Source: Callorhinchus milii (taxonomy: Eukaryota). Taken from it: a DNA stretch of 38,234 bases. The position numbers and the translations under genes were made by a program. Shown here piece by piece: positions 33,581 to 38,234 of the stretch (within the stretch, counting starts at the first letter, position 1; every line of letters begins with the position of its first letter). The notes beneath the pieces are model-generated. The model was not told the origin of the DNA. It did no database searches and saw only the letters and a list, made by a program, of their open reading frames with translations. The stretch is from NCBI RefSeq assembly GCF_018977255.1, contig NW_024705503.1:594-38827 (forward strand), read 5' to 3'.

Positions 33581-34332
33581 TGCTGCTCTTCAGTCTGTGT
33601 GGTTGTGTCTGTGCCATCATTTTGCTGATTACCCGCAATGATTGTCGGCATTGGCGGAGCCACAGTCTCACGTCACCTCATTGGCATCTCAGCCGCGTTT
33701 CAAAAATACCAACCAATTACCAATATACATTGCCTTTCACCTGTCACTGGGCGTAGGAAATCCTCCCGCTCAGCTCTTGTTAAGTCGGCAAGATAAAGTA
33801 CTAACGAGAAAGAAGATGATAGCTGGACAAACAGCGGTAAAGCTTACTAGTCAGAGATGTCAATTGCAAGCTATGTAGTTTTAACTGATTGGACTCGAGT
33901 AGATAGCCATCACACACTCAGAGATCCCCAATCCTTGGCTCTTCCCACCCACCAAATAATATTCTCCGGAATTAGTGAAGCAGGATGTGTCCTTCCAGGC
34001 AGAGAGAGTGCATTCCATTCCGAGAACCAATCTCTGACATTTCCAAGTACAGGTAGGATAAGTGGAAATCTCATCTTGGTTTGGAGACTGTTAAACATGG
34101 TGAATGGTATAGGCATTTGTTGACCTCCGCAAAAGAAAACACTTAAAAATTGTGCAATGTCACCATTTTAGTTGACAAAAAGCTTTAGCATCATTACTTG
34201 GTATATAATGGTAACGTGTCGCCCTCTAGAAGCCACTGGGACATAGTTCAACTCTGCTTTCATATTTGATGCCAAACTTGAAGTAAAGCAATTATTGTAA
34301 TAATAATGTGTTGAGATTCCCAGTGGCATATA

Positions 34333-34400
34333 TCACCGGAGGCTCAGAGTACAGCAACACAGCCCGACGTCAGTCACTGTGATGCCACAGATACAGAATC
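34333..34400 (-). pseudogene. Relic 3' end of a V gene (paralog of 8847-8913)
   Basis: GFCICGITVTDVGLCCCTLS; flanks 34.2-34.45 kb match 8.73-8.97 kb. Confidence 0.5.
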
Positions 34401-35662
34401 CCTCCTCTCACACACTAAATCCTCGCCTCACTGTTATGTTGAACTGTTCTGAGCCCCAAAGGGTAATTTGTCAGTGTAATAGCTCACATACAATAATAAT
34501 AATAATAATCCTTGCATTTGATATAGCGCTTTTCACGTCGGGAGGACGTCCCAAAGCGCTTCACAGAACACACTGTGAAGTGAATTGACTGTATATTTGT
34601 AGGCGAACGCGGCAGCCAATTGTGCACAGCAATGTCCCACAAACAGGCGTAGATTGAAAATAACGAATAAAGCAACTATTTCCACTGGCATTTGTACATT
34701 GTTGCTTTTGCGTACCGTTTTCCAAGCAGAAAGCAGGAACCCTGTTGTTATACGATGGGAAAATCGCTTTCCATAGGTTATAATAACAATAATACAGTCA
34801 CTAAATCGACATCTGTTCATGGGTCAATGCAATGCGTAATTTATTGGTGCATTTCACTCACTTAATATATATTTAATTCCCTCTAGAGCATATACAGAGA
34901 AGCGATTTGAGACGTCCCCAAGGCTGGACAATGCGCTTTACCAAATGCAAGAATTATCATTATAAATTGAATTTGCTTTCAACTTTGCAGGCAAACAATA
35001 TGGGATTCAATGATCAACACATTATTATTCCTTTTAACATTATTATTATTATTTCAGTGGGCGGTGTGTGGTTTGGGGGTGAAGGGTAACAATATACATG
35101 AGGAAAGGGACTGACTCACTGTGCCCGAGTAGCAGTGGGCAGAGAGGGCGATTTGGGAATAACTATTCGAGTCTCATTTAGGTTTAAATAGACAATTGAC
35201 GGGGAAGCCAACGAGATGGAGTGTAATCTGACACTGTGAGAGGGACAAAGGCTGTTTGGTGTGGAGAGGGCTTTACTGGGAATTGGGAAAGATACATAAA
35301 GAAACTACTCACACACCTTTGACTTGAAGTGAGTCCTGTTACAGTGACCAGCAGCAGGATGGGGAAGCCGGTCAAGGCAGCAGAGAGTTAGTGAGATATG
35401 GGAGATGATGGATGGGAAGGTGTAGGGAGAAATTGGAGTAAAGGAGTATGGCATGCGGTGGTTTTATAATTCATGGGAATAGAAGGGGTGACAAAGGGAT
35501 AATGGAGGAGGAAGAGAAGGCAGCGAACATGATGGTCACTTTTCAGCGTATCACGGGAAGGAGTTTTTCACGACTTAACGATATGGTAATGCACTGTATT
35601 ATTATACAAGCAATACTATTAATTCCTGACTGTCTGTCTCTATTTCCGTGTGTCTGTGTATC

Positions 35663-35693
<31 letters not shown>

Positions 35694-35745
35694 CTGTCTG
35701 TCTGTCTCTGGCTGTCCGTCTGTGTGAGTTTCTCTCTCTCTCTCC

Positions 35746-35777
<32 letters not shown>

Positions 35778-37601
35778 AGCTGTCTTTCTTTGAATCGTTA
35801 GTAAAGCTTCCTTGCTGCACACACACACGCCTCTGTTTAATGTTAAGTGCAACCCGCTTGTTTCTCGAAGGCTTCGCCTCTTTCCAGCGGTAAAACATCT
35901 CTGCCATATAATAATAATAATTGAATTATTAATCCATCACTAAATATGGGACGCCGCCTCTTATAGGCGAAACGTGCCAATGGTTTCGCCTAAAAAACAG
36001 TCTCGACGCTTTACAGTATATTTGTGAAGTGTTTGGTGGCGTCTCGTTGACGTGATGGGGCGCTGTATAAAAAAGAAAGATTGTTAGTTTTGGTTATTCT
36101 TTTCAGAAATATCATTGGTCTTGAGCATTGTGGTGATTTAGCGGTTTGATGAGGAGCAGCTGATCACTTTAGGAATAAGAAGATAATCGCTTTTGGAATA
36201 AGAAGATAATCACTTTGGGAATTATTTTTTGACTTGAACGATGGACTGGGAGAGCAAAGCAGTTTTGGGATGTGTGTGAGGGAGAGGCGGTAGTTTGATC
36301 ATGTTGGAGTCCACTGTCATCTTATCAGCCTTATAATCCTTGCATTGTATATGGATCCTTGTCACGACGCAAAGAGATTCAAAAAATATACTGAAGAGTT
36401 GATTGATATTATATTTTCGTGGAAAAATAAATCATCCAATTGTGCACAGCAGTATCCCAAAACAATCGCAGATTGAGCGATCGAATTAATATTTTACTCA
36501 TTTATTTATTTTCTTGCTTAAAAAAATCAATGCATGTGTTTTCTTTTTTAATTAAACATAGTTTTAATTATCTACGAATCGAGTAACAAGTGGGCTCCTA
36601 CTTACTTTTAGGTAAACAAAGAGACGTGTGATTTAAGGTCAATTGCCTAAAAAAAAATTCCAACCAGGAATTGAAACCAGCTCCTCTCACTACTGATATC
36701 ATTGCTCTAACCACTAAGATAAAAGACAACACGTTGTGTGCAGTGCTCAGCACTAATAAGGTTTCCTCCTGATGCGAAAACTGCTGCATAAAAATGAGAT
36801 TTATTGTATTGTTATACAGCGACATCTATTGGCATTTCACGAGAATGTCAGGAGTTGAAGTATCAAACCTAAAATCTTGGTTAGAATTACCAGAGTGTGC
36901 ATTGTGGACTGTACACCATTAATATGAATATTCAGATTAAAACCCTCCACTTCAACAGCGCCTTCATCAAACTCTACTTACGATATCTTTCCACCGCGAA
37001 TTCCCCCCACGATAACAGGACTTGTTAAATAGGTCAACTGTCAGACGAACATCTGTGCTGAGATCAAACCTTCTCTCTCCTCTTTAGTGATTTAGTTCCA
37101 GTGGTGTAGTCTGTCAATAACACGGAGAAATAATAATAATATTCCTTGCATTTGATACAGCGACTGATCACATTTGCCAGAAGTCTCAAAGCGCTTCAAA
37201 GGATACGCTGCAAAATCTAGTGACTGTATATGTTGTGGATGAAACGCGGCAGCCAATGGCACTCATCGAAGTACATCAAACTGTCGAGGATTGAGTGAAC
37301 AATTTATTATTATTATTTTTTAAAAGGATGATTACCCCAGAAAAAGCGATCCGCCAATCGACAACCAACCGCTTTCCTACTAACTGTGTTTTGCCCGATT
37401 GGGAATCAAACATAAATCCAGTCGATTGCGAGGCGAGTGCTCTAACATCTAAGCTACTGGATTTCAATGGATTGAAACTCTCTTTGCAAGAACTTTTCGT
37501 TTATATGTAAAACCAACGAAAGCAGAGTTCTTTGGGGTAACATTGTGCCTGAAGGTTAGTTGGGTTTGTGTACAGGGAAGTCATTGACTTGCAGCACTGT
37601 G

Positions 37602-37912
37602 CATCTGATCTTAAGCCACAATAGTACGTGGCAGAGTCAGTGACAATGACACTGAGAATGATTAATGTGGTTTGTTCCTGATTCTTGTCCAGATGTGAAG
37701 TGAAACGGCCTTTGGCGTAATCTGCAGTGTTGTCTACCCCATTGGTATGTCTGTAGAGAATGTATTGGGAGCGAGGCCTGGGTGATGTCTGTACCAGTAC
37801 AGAGCAGCATAGTTCGAGCTGGTGGTATATGAGCAGCTCAGACTCACTGTGTCTCCCTTTTGTTTGCTCAGCCCCGCTGTCTGCTGTCTGACTGGATCTC
37901 CCAGCACCACAT
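37602..37912 (-). pseudogene. Family-B V pseudogene (frameshift)
   Basis: 1-nt deletion in the G run at about 37767-37769 relative to 17641-17645; RSS CACAGTG-23-ACACAAACC (37601-37563); leader expected beyond window end. Confidence 0.88.
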
Positions 37913-38234
37913 CTGCAACGAGAGGAAAGGATCAACTTGAAACATGGCTCCATATTACTCCTGTCGTCCAGTGGACAGTGCACTCGTCTCGAAAGGGATG
38001 GGACTCGGGATTTTTTCCCTGGATAAACTTTGGGAAGTTTCCTATCTACACATACGCCTCTGTTTACCGAGCAGTAAGTAGGAACCCAGTTGTTAATCGA
38101 TTGGCTAAATAAAGTGTGGTCACTCAATCCACGACTGTCTGTGGGGAAAATGCTGTGCGAATTTGGATGCCACTTTTCGAATACGAAATACGGAATCACT
38201 ATAATAATAATAATAATAATAATATAATAATAAT

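Noticed and set aside
1-38234. CRISPR arrays, prokaryotic operons, rRNA
   Set aside because: None seen; this is intron-containing vertebrate immune-locus DNA, and the repeats are SINEs, microsatellites and segmental duplications

Overview
Eukaryotic (vertebrate) genomic DNA: part of the V-gene array of a cartilaginous-fish T-cell receptor alpha/delta locus, all segments on the minus strand. It is possibly a holocephalan such as elephant shark, but that is inference. No C exons or conventional TCR D/J segments are visible. The window holds four NAR-TCR cassettes (leader, IgNAR-like V lacking CDR2, 12/12-RSS D, 23-RSS J). One cassette (15.2-13.7 kb) is followed by a leaderless 'supporting' TCR-delta V with a CDR1 Cys that splices in frame to the NAR J. 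These cassettes are interleaved with conventional TRAV/TRDV-type genes (two intact, two atypical ORFs, four pseudogenes/fragments, several relics), many tRNA-derived SINEs, a young 5'-truncated L2-like LINE, microsatellites and three assembly gaps. NAR-TCR itself is a described system. What looks potentially undescribed here: two otherwise intact cassettes have lost their supporting V by deletion (one bridged by the LINE); all four NAR V domains lack the hallmark Trp; and RSS and splice phases would allow cross-cassette or conventional-V-supported receptors.
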